Source of the DNA: Macrostomum hystrix
Taxonomy: Eukaryota > Animalia > Platyhelminthes
Direction: 5' to 3'
Length of the DNA stretch: 64,000 nucleotides
NCBI GenBank assembly: GCA_950097015.1
Contig: CATNEN010000003.1
Span: forward strand, 13,454,001 to 13,518,000
The position numbers and the translations under genes are program-made. Of this stretch, positions 23,104-35,853 are shown piece after piece (position 1 is the stretch's first letter; the number at the start of each line of letters is the position of its first letter). The notes below the pieces were generated by a model. The model was not told the origin of the DNA and searched no databases. It worked only from the letters and a program-made list of their open reading frames with translations.

Positions 23104-24975
23104 TATCTCTCCCGTGTCTCATCTCTCCCGTGTCTCATCTCTCCCGTGTCTAATCTCTCCCGTGTCTCATCTCTCCCGTGTCTCATCTCTCCCGTGTCTT
23201 ATCTGTCCCGTGTCTCATCTCTCCTGTGTCTCATCTCTCCCGTGTCTTATCTGTCCCGTGTCTCATCTCTCCGTGTCTCATCTCTCCCGTGTCTCATCTC
23301 TCCCGTGTCTCATCTCTCCCGTGTTTCATCTCTCCCGTGTCTAATCTCTCCCGTGTCTCATCTCTCCCGTGTTTCATCTCTCCCGTGTCTCATCTCTCCC
23401 GTGTTTCATCTCTCCCGTGTCTCATCTCTCCCGTGTTTCATCTCTCCCGTGTCTCATCTCTCCCGTGTCTCATCTCTCCCGTGTTTCATCTCTCCCGTGT
23501 CTCATCTCTCCCGTGTCTCATCTCTCCCGTGTTTCATCTCTCCCGTGTCTAATCTCTCCCGTGTCTCATCTCTCCCGTGTCTCATCTCTCCCGTGTCTTA
23601 TCTGTCCCGTGTCTCATCTCTCCTGTGTCTCATCTCTCCCGTGTCTTATCTGTCCCGTGTCTCATCTCTCCGTGTCTCATCTCTCCCGTGTCTCATCTCT
23701 CCCGTGTCTCATCTCTCCCGTGTTTCATCTCTCCCGTGTCTAATCTCTCCCGTGTCTCATCTCTCCCGTGTTTCATCTCTCCCGTGTCTCATCTCTCCCG
23801 TGTTTCATCTCTCCCGTGTCTCATCTCTCCCGTGTTTCATCTCTCCCGTGTCTCATCTCTCCCGTGTCTCATCTCTCCCGTGTTTCATCTCTCCCGTGTC
23901 TCATCTCTCCCGTGTCTCATCTCTCCCGTGTTTCATCTCTCCCGTGTCTAATCTCTCCCGTGTCTCATCTCTCCCGTGTCTCATCTCTCCCGTGTCTTAT
24001 CTGTCCCGTGTCTCATCTCTCCTGTGTCTCATCTCTCCCGTGTCTTATCTGTCCCGTGTCTCATCTCTCCGTGTCTCATCTCTCCCGTGTCTCATCTCTC
24101 CCGTGTCTCATCTCTCCCGTGTTTCATCTCTCCCGTGTCTAATCTCTCCCGTGTCTCATCTCTCCCGTGTTTCATCTCTCCCGTGTCTCATCTCTCCCGT
24201 GTTTCATCTCTCCCGTGTCTCATCTCTCCCGTGTTTCATCTCTCCCGTGTCTCATCTCTCCCGTGTCTCATCTCTCCCGTGTTTCATCTCTCCCGTGTCT
24301 CATCTCTCCCGTGTCTCATCTCTCCCGTGTTTCATCTCTCCCGTGTCTCATCTCTCCCGTGTCTCATCTCTCCCGTGTCTTATCTGTCCCGTGTCTCATC
24401 TCTCCTGTGTCTCATCTCTCCCGTGTCTTATCTGTCCCGTGTCTCATCTCTCCGTGTCTCATCTCTCCCGTGTCTCATCTCTCCCGTGTCTCATCTCTCC
24501 CGTGTTTCATCTCTCCCGTGTCTCATCTCTCCCGTGTCTCATCTCTCCCGTGTCTCATCTCTCCCGTGTCTCATCTCTCCCGTGTTTCATCTCTCCCGTG
24601 TCTCATCTCTCCCGTGTCTCATCTCTCCCGTGTTTCATCTCTCCCGTGTCTAATCTCTCCCGTGTCTCATCTCTCCCGTGTCTCATCTCTCCCGTGTCTT
24701 ATCTGTCCCGTGTCTCATCTCTCCGTGTCTCATCTCTCCCGTGTCTCATCTCTCCCGTGTCTCATCTCTCCCGTGTCTCATCTCTCCCGTGTCTCATCTC
24801 TCCCGTGTCTCATCTCTCCCGTGTCTCATCTCTCCCGTGTCTCATCTCTCCGTGTCTCATCTCTCCCGTGTCTCATCTCTCCCGTGTCTCATCTCTCCCG
24901 TGTCTCATCTCTCCAGTGTCTCATCTCTCCCGTGTCTCATCTCTCCAATGTCTCATCTCTCCCGTGTCTCATCTC
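23104..24975. repeat. 16-bp satellite TGTCTCATCTCTCCCG with a 399-bp higher-order repeat
   Basis: About 117 monomers. The variant pattern recurs every 399 bp (identical ORFs start at 23178/23577/23976). Confidence 0.97.
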
Positions 24976-25787
24976 TTCTCTGTTTGATTTCCCGTGTATT
25001 TCCCCCCCCTTTTCTTTCTTAAAGGTTTCGGACCCCTGCACCGCTATTAACAAAAATGTTAACAATATGCGCCACCCGCCTACTGAGTCACCTAGTCAGT
25101 AGCTAGATTGGTATATTTCGATTGTAAAAATTATCCAAAAGTCTCTCAGAGCATTGATTTTATCAGTCCAAACCCTTATCGGTTATTAAACAGGAGGTGG
25201 TTAAAATGTCCGCATTTGGCTACCAGAATCCCAGTGTCAATGTCAGTGTGTGTATTCTGTGTGCGTGTAAACACAGTTCAGAAAATAAAATTCCCCAGAC
25301 ATTTTCAGTTTACATTAGCGCGTCAGGTTTAAAAATGTTGAAATGATCGCCCATATGGTTAGCGCTGGCTTTGGCCTATGCAAGTCTCCACCACTGCCTT
25401 TCTATATCAATCTATCATCTCTAGTTGTTGTAGAAATCCCAAATCTCGCGGGATTCAACTGGGATATATTATATATGGACTCAGGGGTTGGCTTATGTTT
25501 AAAGATGTGTATCTGGCCAAGCCTTAATCTGGCGACATATTTCGGGTTAGAGATTTTTTTGGTTACGCTTTTTTTTCAAAGATTACTAACCATAGTTTAG
25601 CATCTCCATCATGCTGTGCTCATTAAATAATACCTCTATCACTAATTATTAACGTCTGCGTCTACGTCACTTGAGTTTATTAGGTTTGTTATATAGACTC
25701 AATCTGGGTAGAATTTATCCCAAAATGGGATAAGTTCTATTTTGCCCCACTCTCTCGATATTTCGAAAGATAATATTTCGGAACTGA

Positions 25788-26225
25788 GATTATCCCTATG
25801 TGTACTTGGGATTCTGGATTCGATAGGGGGTCGGGATTATCCCTATGTGTACTTGGGATTCTGGATTCGATAGGGGGTCGGGATTATCCCTATGTGTACT
25901 TGGGATTCTGGATTCGATAGGGGGTCGGGATTATCCCTATGTGTACTTGGGATTCTGGATTCGATAGGGGGTCGGGATTATCCCTATGTGTACTTGGGAT
26001 TCTGGATTCGATAGGGGGTCGGGATTATCCCTATGTGTACTTGGGATTCTGGATTCGATAGGGGGTCGGGATTATACCGATGTGTACTTGGGATTCTGGA
26101 TTCGATAGGGGTTCGGGATTATACCGATGTGTACTTGGGATTCTGGATTCGATAGGGGTTCGGGATTATACCGATGTGTACTTGGGATTCTGGATTCGAT
26201 AGGGGGTCGGGATTATACCGATGTG
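25788..26225. repeat. 47-bp tandem repeat GATTATCCCTATGTGTACTTGGGATTCTGGATTCGATAGGGGGTCGG
   Basis: About 9 near-identical copies with no spacers. Confidence 0.97.
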
Positions 26226-26277
26226 AAGTTCGGCGAGCTATTTGAAAGTTTAGATTTCTGAGCACGGTTTTATCCAA

Positions 26278-26605
26278 AATGAGAGCGGTTAACGCGTTTG
26301 CCTCTCGCACCGAGGTCCCTGAGCTCGATTCCGCGGCGAGGCGGCGCAGCCGTGGAGAGAAGGCTTGGGGGCTTGTCGTGCAATTTACGCCCTTGAGGGC
26401 CAACCTCCAAGGCACAGTGAGAGTGTAACACTGCCTGAAGATGAGGAAGGCAGGGCAGATGTACACACCTGAGTGATTGTGTGTACAGGTATCTGTGTGC
26501 GTGTGTGCTCATGAGTCAGCGAAATGGGCAGAATTGCCTCCTCGCTGGCTGCGGGTCCAGTGTCATCAAATGATGTGCCATTGCCCGCAGCCCTCCTGCA
26601 ATTAT
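26278..26605 (+). mobile_element. tRNA-derived SINE, family B, most complete copy
   Basis: A-box-like GAGCGGTTAACGCG, B-box-like GCTCGATTCC and a 3' stem-loop GGCTGCGGG...CCCGCAGCC. Five copies in the window. Confidence 0.85.
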
Positions 26606-27459
26606 TACTATTAGCTTGCACTATAAATAAAAACTATATTAAGTTAGAAATAGTAAAACAGTAATCATAAAAATAAATCCTATAATTGAGCTGTAAACTT
26701 CCTGTACTCAAATACTCAATAAACAGCTGGGTCATGTTAAACATAGTAATTAGCTGCTATAATATATGAAGCTGCTCTCTCTCTCTCTGGTCGTGTGCTA
26801 AAATCAAATTTCGACCTTTATAGATTAATATCTATTAATCCCCATCACTAATATTTGGCATCAGCCTGTCCAGTGCTCCATCTTGCATATATACATATAT
26901 ACATTGTGCTGTTATATGGATCGCGCATCTCGTTTCCGGTGCCAGAAATCGCATTAAAACGACACCGCTATGCTCGGTAGATTATATTAATTCGCTAACA
27001 ATATTAGGTTAGCTGCAGGAGCTTTTACAACCACTCACACCTAGGGGTGAATAGGATTGGCCTATGTAGGTCTGTAATCAGATCTGACACTTCCCACTAC
27101 CCCGTCTCTCTCTCTCTCGCCTCGACAACGCATTTCGTTCTATTCGCATTTAAGGATCTCCATTAGGGAAGCATACACTCGTACGTGCTACCGACTGCGC
27201 TCGTGTCGTTTCGCGAGGTCTCCTATTTTTAGTTTATTGAATTAAATTTGAGTCGAAAATTTGTGCCTTGATGCCCACCAGAGGATGGTCAGTGAGGATT
27301 CGTGTACATCCTCGGCATTGAGTTTCGACTCTGACTAATGTTGCAATCTCGCTTGATTTTATTTGAGCTACCATTTCTTAACCTAAACTAAACAGTAGAA
27401 AGACTGAGGCAGAGGTATTTCAAATACGTAACTTACCGCCATGAAACTCTTATCTTATC

Positions 27460-30400
27460 TCAACCTTCATTTCTCATGTTTCTCATCTCTCTCAACCTTC
27501 ATTTCTCACGTTTCTCACATCTCATCTCTCTCAACCTTCATTTCTCATGTTTCTCTCATCTCAACCTTCTTTTCTCACGTTTCTCACATCTCATCTCTCT
27601 CAACCTTCATTTATCATGTTTCTCACATCTCATCTCTCTCAACCTTCATTTCTCATGTTTCTCTCATCTCAACCTTCATTTCTCACGTTTCTCACATCTC
27701 ATCTCTCTCAACCTTCATTTCTCATGTTTCTCTCATCTCAACCTTCTTTTCTCACGTTTCTCACATCTCATCTCTCTCAACCTTCATTTATCATGTTTCT
27801 CACATCTCATCTCTCTCAACCTTCATTTCTCACGTTTCTCACATCTCATCTCTCTCAACCTTCATTTATCATGTTTCTCACATCTCATCTCTCTCAATCT
27901 TCATTTCTCATGTTTCTCTCATCTCAACCTTCATTTCTCACGTCTCTCACATCTCATCTCTCTCAACCTTCATTTCTCATGTTTCTCTCATCTCAACCTT
28001 ATTTTCTCACGTTTCTCATATCTCATCTCTCTCAACCTTCATTTATCATGTTTCTCACATCTCATCTCTCTCAACCTTCATTTCTCACGTTTCTCACATC
28101 TCATCTCTCTCAACCTTCATTTATCATGTTTCTCACATCTCATCTCTCTCAATCTTCATTTCTCATTTTTCTCTCATCTCAAACTTCATTTCTCACGTTT
28201 CTCACATCTCATCTCTCTCAACCTTCATTTCTCATGTTTCTCTCATCTCAACCTTCTTTTCTCACGTTTCTCACATCTCATCTCTCTCAACCTTCATTTA
28301 TCATGTTTCTCACATCTCATCTCTCTCAACCTTCATTTCTCACGTTTCTCACATCTCATCTCTCTCAACCTTCATTTATCATGTTTCTCTCATCTCTCTC
28401 AACCTTCATTTCTCACGTTTCTCACATCTCATCTCTCTCAACCTTCATTTATCATGTTTCTCTCATCTCTCTCAACCTTCATTTCTCACGTTTCTCACAT
28501 CTCATCTCTCTCAAATTTCATTTATCATGTTTCTCACATCTCATCTCTCTCAATCTTCATTTCTCATGTTTCTCTCATCTCAACCTTCATTTCTCACGTT
28601 TCTCACATCTCATCTCTCTCAACCTTCATTTCTCATGTTTCTCTCATCTCAACCTTCTTTTCTCACGTTTCTCACATCTCATCTCTCTCAACCTTCATTT
28701 ATCATGTTTCTCACATCTCATCTCTCTCAACCTTCATTTCTCACGTTTCTCACATCTCATCTCTCTCAACCTTCATTTATCATGTTTCTCACATCTCATC
28801 TCTCTCAATCTTCATTTCTCATGTTTCTCTCATCTCAACCTTCATTTCTCACGTTTCTCACATCTCATCTCTCTCAACCTTCATTTCTCATGTTTCTCTC
28901 ATCTCAACCTTCATTTCTCACGTTTCTCACATCTCATCTCTCTCAACCTTCATTTATCATGTTTCTCTCATCTCTCTCAACCTTCATTTCTCACGTTTCT
29001 CACATCTCATCTCTCTCAATCTTCATTTCTCATGTTTCTCTCATCTCAACCTTCATTTCTCACGTTTCTCACATCTCATCTCTCTCAACCTTCATTTCTC
29101 ATGTTTCTCTCATCTCAACCTTCTTTTCTCACGTTTCTCACATCTCATCTCTCTCAACCTTCATTTATCATGTTTCTCACATCTCATCTCTCTCAATCTT
29201 CATTTCTCATGTTTCTCTCATCTCAACCTTCATTTCTCACGTTTCTCACATCTCATCTCTCTCAACCTTCATTTATCATGTTTCTCACATCTCATCCCTC
29301 TCAATCTTTATTTCTCATGTTTCTCTCATCTCAACCTTCATTTCTCACGTTTCTCACATCTCATCTCTCTCAGCCTTCATTTATCATGTTTCTCACATCT
29401 CATCTCTCTCAACCTTCATTTATCATGTTTCTCACATCTCATCTCTCTCAACCTTCATTTATCATGTTTCTCACATCTCATCTCTCTCAATCTTCATTTC
29501 TTATGTTTCTCTCATCTCAACCTTCATTTCTCATGTTTCTCTCATCTCAACCTTCATTTCTCATGTTTCTCTCATCTCAACCGTCATTTCTCATGTTTCT
29601 CTCATCTCAACCGTCATTTCTCATGTTTCTCTCATCTCAATCTTCATTTCTCATGTTTCTCTCATCTCAACCTTAATTTCTCATGTTTCTCTCATCTCAA
29701 CCGTCATTTCTCATGTTTCTCTCATCTCAACCGTCATTTCTCATGTTTCTCTCATCTTATCTCAACCTTCATTTCTCTTTTTTTCTCATCTCTCTCAACC
29801 TTCATTTCTCACTTTTCTCACATCTCATCTCTCTCAACCGTCATTTCTCATGTTTCTCTCATCTTATCGCAACCTTCATTTCTCATGTTTCTCTCATCTC
29901 AACCGTTATTTATCATGTTCTCTCATCTCAACCGTTATTTATCATGTTCTCTCATCTCAACCGTTATTTCTCATGTTTCTCTCATCTCAACCGTTATTTA
30001 TCATGTTTCTCTCATCTCTCTCAACCGTCATTTCTCATGTTTCTCTCATCTCAACCTTAATTTCTCATGTTTCTCTCATCTCAACCGTTTTTTATCATGT
30101 TTCTCTCATCTCAACCTTTATTTCTATTTTTTTCTCATCTCTCTCAACCTTCATTTCTCATGTTTCTCTCATCTCAACCTTAATTTCTCATGTTTCTCTC
30201 ATCTCAACCTTCATTTCTCATGTTTCTCTCATCTCAACCTTCATTTCTCATGTTTCTCTCATCTCAACCTTCATTTCTCATGTTTCTCTCATCTCAACCT
30301 TCATTTCTCATGTTTCTCTCATCTCAACCTTCATTTCTCATGTTTCTCTCATCTCAACCTTCATTTCTCATGTTTCTCTCATCTCAACCTTAATTTCTCA

Positions 30401-30722
30401 TGTTTCTCTCATCTCAACCTTAATTTCTCATGTTTCTCTCATCTCAACAGTCATTTCTCATGTTTCTCTCATCTCAACCTTAATTTCTCATGTTTCTCTC
30501 ATCTCAACCTTAATTTCTCATGTTTCTCTCATCTCAACGTTAATTTCTCATGTTTCTCTCATCTCAACCTTCATTTCTCATGTTTCTCTCATCTTATCTC
30601 AACCTTCATTTCTCTTTTTTCTCATCTCTCTCAACCTTCATTTCTCACGTTTCTCACATCTCATCTCTCTCAACCTTCATTTATCACGTTTCTCTCATCT
30701 CAACCTTCATTTCTCATGTTTC
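27460..30722. repeat. composite 30/39-bp pyrimidine-rich satellite (CTCAACCTTCATTTCTCATGTTTCTCTCAT, with or without CTCATCTCT)
   Basis: 3.3 kb. Mixed 39- and 30-mers in the 5' part, nearly pure 30-mers in the 3' part. Confidence 0.97.
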
Positions 30723-31604
30723 TGAAGCTAAAAGGAATCATCCATAGTTACTTATCAAACACTTTGCCCTGCTCTACCAAATAAGTAGATACGAGTATAG
30801 CTCTTTGCCTGTGTCTAACATATTTGGATTAAGATTTTATTTCCTGCTTACAGCCCAGTATAGACTGGTAAAGGTCGTATATATTATTCTATAGTCACTG
30901 CAAGCTATTGCAAAAGAAGGATTATAGTTAATCCGACTATCTAATCCAGTTGGAATCTTCTTAAAAGTTAAGATCAAGCAGGATTAACGTTTGTCACCTT
31001 GGATTTTAAGTTATCCTTTAAGTTTCCTTCCCAAAAACTCAACCTGAGTTGTTTATCTGCATGCCTGCGCATAGGATGGAATATGATTCACTGGATTTAA
31101 TATGACACGTGAATTCTTTTAGCTCGCATATAAAGAGTCACTCAGAATCAGATTTTCTCATTTTATAGCTACCTATTCTTACGGGTCGATGGCAAACCTC
31201 TTATTCACGCGTCTCCTTTGTTTCAATGAATTGTCCCTATAGAAATCGGGTGTTTTTTATCTGTGCAAAATGGCAATTTAACCTGTCTGATGACAGTTCC
31301 GTACATGTTCTTGTTTAGCAACGGAAAAAATGATGGATTAAACACCGACGTGGATTAGCGATGTTTGTTCCTCAGCCTTTTATCGCTTTGTTGTAACTCG
31401 TATAGGCTCTGATTTGTCACGGTGCTTTTAGTTGACAAATATCCTGGTTTCAAATCTTTAATAGCCTTTTGCTTTTTAAAAGAAGAAAATTTCTTTCTTG
31501 CTTTTTAGCTGAAAGTCACTTTAAATTTTTGGAGGCTTTGTCTCGGTTTAGGAAAAAATATTCTGGCCTCCACGAATACTTTCCTCTATATGTTCTCTTT
31601 TAGC

Positions 31605-32262
31605 TATCTATCTAGTCTCTCTACCCCCTCTATCTAGTCCCCTATCTAGCCCATCTATCTAGTCTCTTCCCCCTATATCTAGTCTCCTATCTACTCCCTC
31701 TATCTAGTCTCCTATCTACTCCCTCTATCTAGTCTTTTATCTAGCCCATCTATCTAGTCTCTTCCCCCTATATCTAGTCTCCTATCTACTCCCTCTATCT
31801 AGTCTCCTATCTACTCCCTCTATCTAGTCTCCTATCTACTCCCTCTATCTAGTCTTTTATCTAGCCCATCTATCTAGTCTCTTCCCCCTATATCTAGTCT
31901 CCTATCTACTCCCTCTATCTAGTCTCCTATCTACTCCCTCTATCTAGTCTCCTATCTACTCCCTCTATCTAGTCTCCTATCTACTCCCTCTATCTAGTCT
32001 TTTATCTAGCCCATCTATCTCATCTCCAATCTACCCCATCTATCTAGTCTATCTACCCCATCTATCTCATCTCCTATCTACCCCATCTATCTAGTCTATC
32101 TACCCCATTTATCTCATCTCCTATCTACCCAATATATCTAGTCTCTCTACCCCATCTATCTAGTCTCCTATCTATTCCAACTATCTAGTCTCCTATCTAC
32201 CCTATCTATCTAGTCTCCTATCTACCCCATCTATCTAGTCTCCTACCTAGCCCATCTATCTA
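31605..32262. repeat. ~25-bp TATC-derived minisatellite CTATCTAGTCTCCTATCTACTCCCT
   Basis: Direct inspection. Confidence 0.93.
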
Positions 32263-33691
32263 TTTAGGTCTAACGATAATCTGTCAATATTCCAAGCAGT
32301 TAATGCAGCAGTTCTGTCACACTAAAACTAATCAATACGAAGCCAGTTGAGTGGCGTCTCAATTGTTCGGCTTAGACCAGTCGGTGAATTGATGCTGGCA
32401 GATTACGGAATTCCGTCCTCACAAAACCCTCGCCATTCATAGTTTCCCTTATTATCTCACACCGACAGCGCAACCCGACGATCAAAGACAAAGAACCGGA
32501 GTTGGTTAGTGTTGAGAACAGGACTCAAGTTATATAGCGAGCACTCTCTTTTATAAAACAGCCCCCTGCCTCTACAGCTTTAGATTTGACCCATCCGTTT
32601 TTCTCTAAGCGAGATAGGATTCCCCCCCCCCTATATAGTTGTTTAGCCTTAGGGTAAGGGTAGGCATGGTTCGACGCGTTTTCGGGGGGGGGTCTTGTGT
32701 TAGACACGTGCCAATTTACACACACACATAGTCTTTTTTTAATCTAGCTAGTATGCCAACGTTGATTAAGTTGAATCATAGAACTTTTTCTGTCCGATTT
32801 GGCGGTTCAATGTTTGATTGCTGAAATAAGAGGCGAAAGCGATCAGGAGAAGACTATATAAATAAGCGATAAGATTAAAAAACAGTGTTGCATTGTTGCA
32901 ACTGGGCACAGAGAGTGAGGAAGAGAGTAGTAAGACTAAATCAACATCACATCAGACTTCATTGACTGTGCAAACAATTCAGTCTATACTCCACAATGCT
33001 CATTCACACCGTTTAGGTCAATAATTTCAACGTTTTATTATCATCGTCAACCCATCAACAATGAAAGAAAGGGATAGTTGTTTAAAAAGTATAGGCACGA
33101 TTTATATCTAGAAGAACTCTTTTTTTCACAGACAAAAAACTCACCAGAAAGCCAATCAGTAATGTTTGATCTGTGTGTGTGTGTGTGTGTCTGTCTCCCC
33201 TTATGTAACTCGTGGCAGTAGCCAACACCACCGCGCATGGTTAATGCGACCCAAATCCAGTTTTCATCGAATGACGAATTCTATAGACAAAAAATAGAGG
33301 AATAAAAATATATAGTGGGGTGGCAAGAGAGATTATAAAGGGCTGGATGAAGTGTGCTTCGAGAGGCTCTCATCCACTACTTCACCCTACTCAATTGATG
33401 AATATTCATCCACTAGTTCGTGTTTTATATGCCTAGTGTCACCTGCTGCTGCTGCTGCTGATAATGATAACGAAACGGACTTCATTATCCAAGGAACGAT
33501 GATAAAAATTCTTTCAAACCGCAAGTTATAGATTAGATTAGATTGCAAAGCAACACTAGCGAGGTTAAGTGTTAAAATATAGTTTTTCTACCGCTTAATC
33601 TAATGAATTTGTCTTGTTTTTAGGACATGTTTTTCTATTGAATTTCTGTATAATTTAACCTTTTTTTCACGGTTGGACAAAGCAGTAACTT

Positions 33692-33818
33692 ACCTGAGCT
33701 CGTTTCCGCAGCGAGGTCACATTGATTTGTTGTGCAATTTACATATTTTCTAGCTAACCTCTGTGTACTCAATGTGTCTGACGATGATGTGCACACCTGT
33801 GTGAGTGTGTCCTCAGGA
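33692..33818 (+). mobile_element. truncated SINE family B copy
   Basis: CCTGAGCTCGTTTCCGCAGCGAGGTCAC...TGCAATTTAC...CACACCTGTGTGAGTGTG. Confidence 0.65.
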
Positions 33819-33843
33819 TTTGGCTGAATAGGGCTATCTAGGA

Positions 33844-35853
33844 CAGGGGTCGGCAAACTCCGGCCCGCGGGCCAGATGCGGCCCTCCAAGCTCCCAAATC
33901 CGGCCCGTTGCCCCTTCCGACACCTACAGTATCCTGTTTCATCTTTCCCCTGTCTCGTCACTTCCGTGTCTTATCCCTCCCGTGTCTCATCTTTCCGCTG
34001 TCTCATCTCTCCGTTGTCTCATCTCTCCGCTGTCTCATCTCTCCCGTGTCTCATCTCTTCCGTGTCTTATCCCTCCCGTGTCTCATCTCTCCGCTGTCTC
34101 ATCTCTCCTGTGTCTCATCTCTCCCGTGTCTCATCTCTTCCGTGTCTTATCCCTCCCGTGTCTCATCTCTCCGCTGTCTCATCCCTCCCGTGTCTCATCT
34201 CTCCGCTGTCTCATCTCTCCGCTGTCTCATCTCTCCCGTGTCTCATCTCTTCCGTGTCTTATCCCTCCCGTGTCTCATCTCTCCACTGTCTCATCTCTCC
34301 GCTGTCTCATCTCTCCCGTGTCTAATCTCTTCCGTGTCTTATCCCTCCCGTGTCTCATCTCTTCCGTGTCTTATCCCTCCCGTGTCTCATCTCTCCGCTG
34401 TCTCATCTCTCCGCTGTCTCATCTCTCCCGTGTCTCATCTCTCCGCTGTCTCATCTCTCCGCTGTCTCATCTCTCCCGTGTCTCATCTCTCCGCTGTCTC
34501 ATCTCTCCCGTGTCTCATCTCTTCCGTGTCTTATCCCTCCCGTGTCTCATCTCTCCGCTGTCTCATCTCTCCGCTGTCTCATCTCTCCCGTGTCTAATCT
34601 CTTCCGTGTCTTATCCCTCCCGTGTCTCATCTCTCCGCTGTCTCATCTCTCCGCTGTCTCATCTCTCCCGTGTCTCATCTCTCCGCTGTCTCATCTCTCC
34701 GCTGTCTCATCTCTCCCGTGTCTCATCTCTCCGCTGTCTCATCTCTCCCGTGTCTCATCTCTTCCGTGTCTTATCCCTCCCGTGTCTCATCTCTCCGCTG
34801 TCTCATCTCTCCGCTGTCTCATCTCTCCCGTGTCTAATCTCTTCCGTGTCTTATCCCTCCCGTGTCTCATCTCTCCGCTGTCTCATCCCTCCCGTGTCTC
34901 ATCTCTCCGCTGTCTCATCTCTCCGCTGTCTCATCTCTCCCGTGTCTCATCTCTTCCGTGTCTTATCCCTCCCGTGTCTCATCTCTCCGCTGTCTCATCT
35001 CTCCGCTGTCTCATCTCTCCCGTGTCTAATCTCTTCCGTGTCTTATCCCTCCCGTGTCTCATCTCTTCCGTGTCTTATCCCTCCCGTGTCTCATCTCTCC
35101 GCTGTCTCATCTCTCCGCTGTCTCATCTCTCCCGTGTCTCATCTCTCCGCTGTCTCATCTCTCCGCTGTCTCATCTCTCCCGTGTCTCATCTCTCCGCTG
35201 TCTCATCTCTCCCGTGTCTCATCTCTTCCGTGTCTTATCCCTCCCGTGTCTCATCTCTCCGCTGTCTCATCTCTCCGCTGTCTCATCTCTCCCGTGTCTA
35301 ATCTCTTCCGTGTCTTATCCCTCCCGTGTCTCATCTCTCCGCTGTCTCATCTCTCCGCTGTCTCATCTCTCCCGTGTCTCATCTCTCCGCTGTCTCATCT
35401 CTCCGCTGTCTCATCTCTCCCGTGTCTCATCTCTCCGCTGTCTCATCTCTCCCGTGTCTAATCTCTTCCGTGTCTTATCCCTCCCGTGTCTCATCTCTCC
35501 GCTGTCTCATCTCTCCGCTGTCTCATCTCTCCCGTGTCTAATCTCTTCCGTGTCTTATCCCTCCCGTGTCTCATCTCTCCGCTATCTTATCTCTCCGCCG
35601 TCTCATCTCTCCGCCTTCTAATCTCTCCCATGTCTCATCTCTCCCGCGTGTCATCTCTCCTCGGTCTCATCTCTCCTATGTGTCGTCTCTCCGCTGTCTC
35701 ATCTCTCCCGTGTCTCATCTCTCCGCCGTTTTTTCTTTCCGCTGCCTTATCCCTCCCGTGTCTTATCTCTCCCCTTTCTACAGTCAATGCGGCCCGCTGT
35801 CGTCTTTTAGGTTCTCTTTTTGGCCCACTAGCTAATAAGTTTGCCGACCCCTG
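33844..35853. mobile_element. non-autonomous hAT (Charlie-type) element carrying an internal satellite
   Basis: Perfect 16-bp TIRs CAGGGGTCGGCAAACT / AGTTTGCCGACCCCTG, subterminal GGCCC motifs, and an 8-bp TSD ATCTAGGA/ATCTAGGC similar to the Charlie NTCTAGAN target. Confidence 0.92.
33950..35770. repeat. 16-bp satellite (TGTCTCATCTCTCCCG/TGTCTCATCTCTCCGC) with 240- and 704-bp higher-order units
   Basis: Lies inside the hAT element. Identical ORFs recur at +704 (34350/35054; 34622/35326). Confidence 0.97.

Noticed and set aside
25788-26225. CRISPR-like appearance of the 47-bp array (also the 46-bp array at 8821 and the 22-bp array at 37341)
   Set aside because: Units are head-to-tail with no unique spacers, there are no cas genes, and the context is eukaryotic.
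26450-26465. CTGAAGA/CTGACGA in SINE B as a hammerhead core
   Set aside because: There is no stem II followed by GAAA and no three-way junction.
26535-26600. GCCTCCTCGCTGGC in SINE B is identical to the P3-L3 of the genomic HDV ribozyme
   Set aside because: There is no upstream P1 partner (the complement lies downstream), no GG for P1.1 after P1 and no convincing P2 or J4/2. The motif also varies in other copies.
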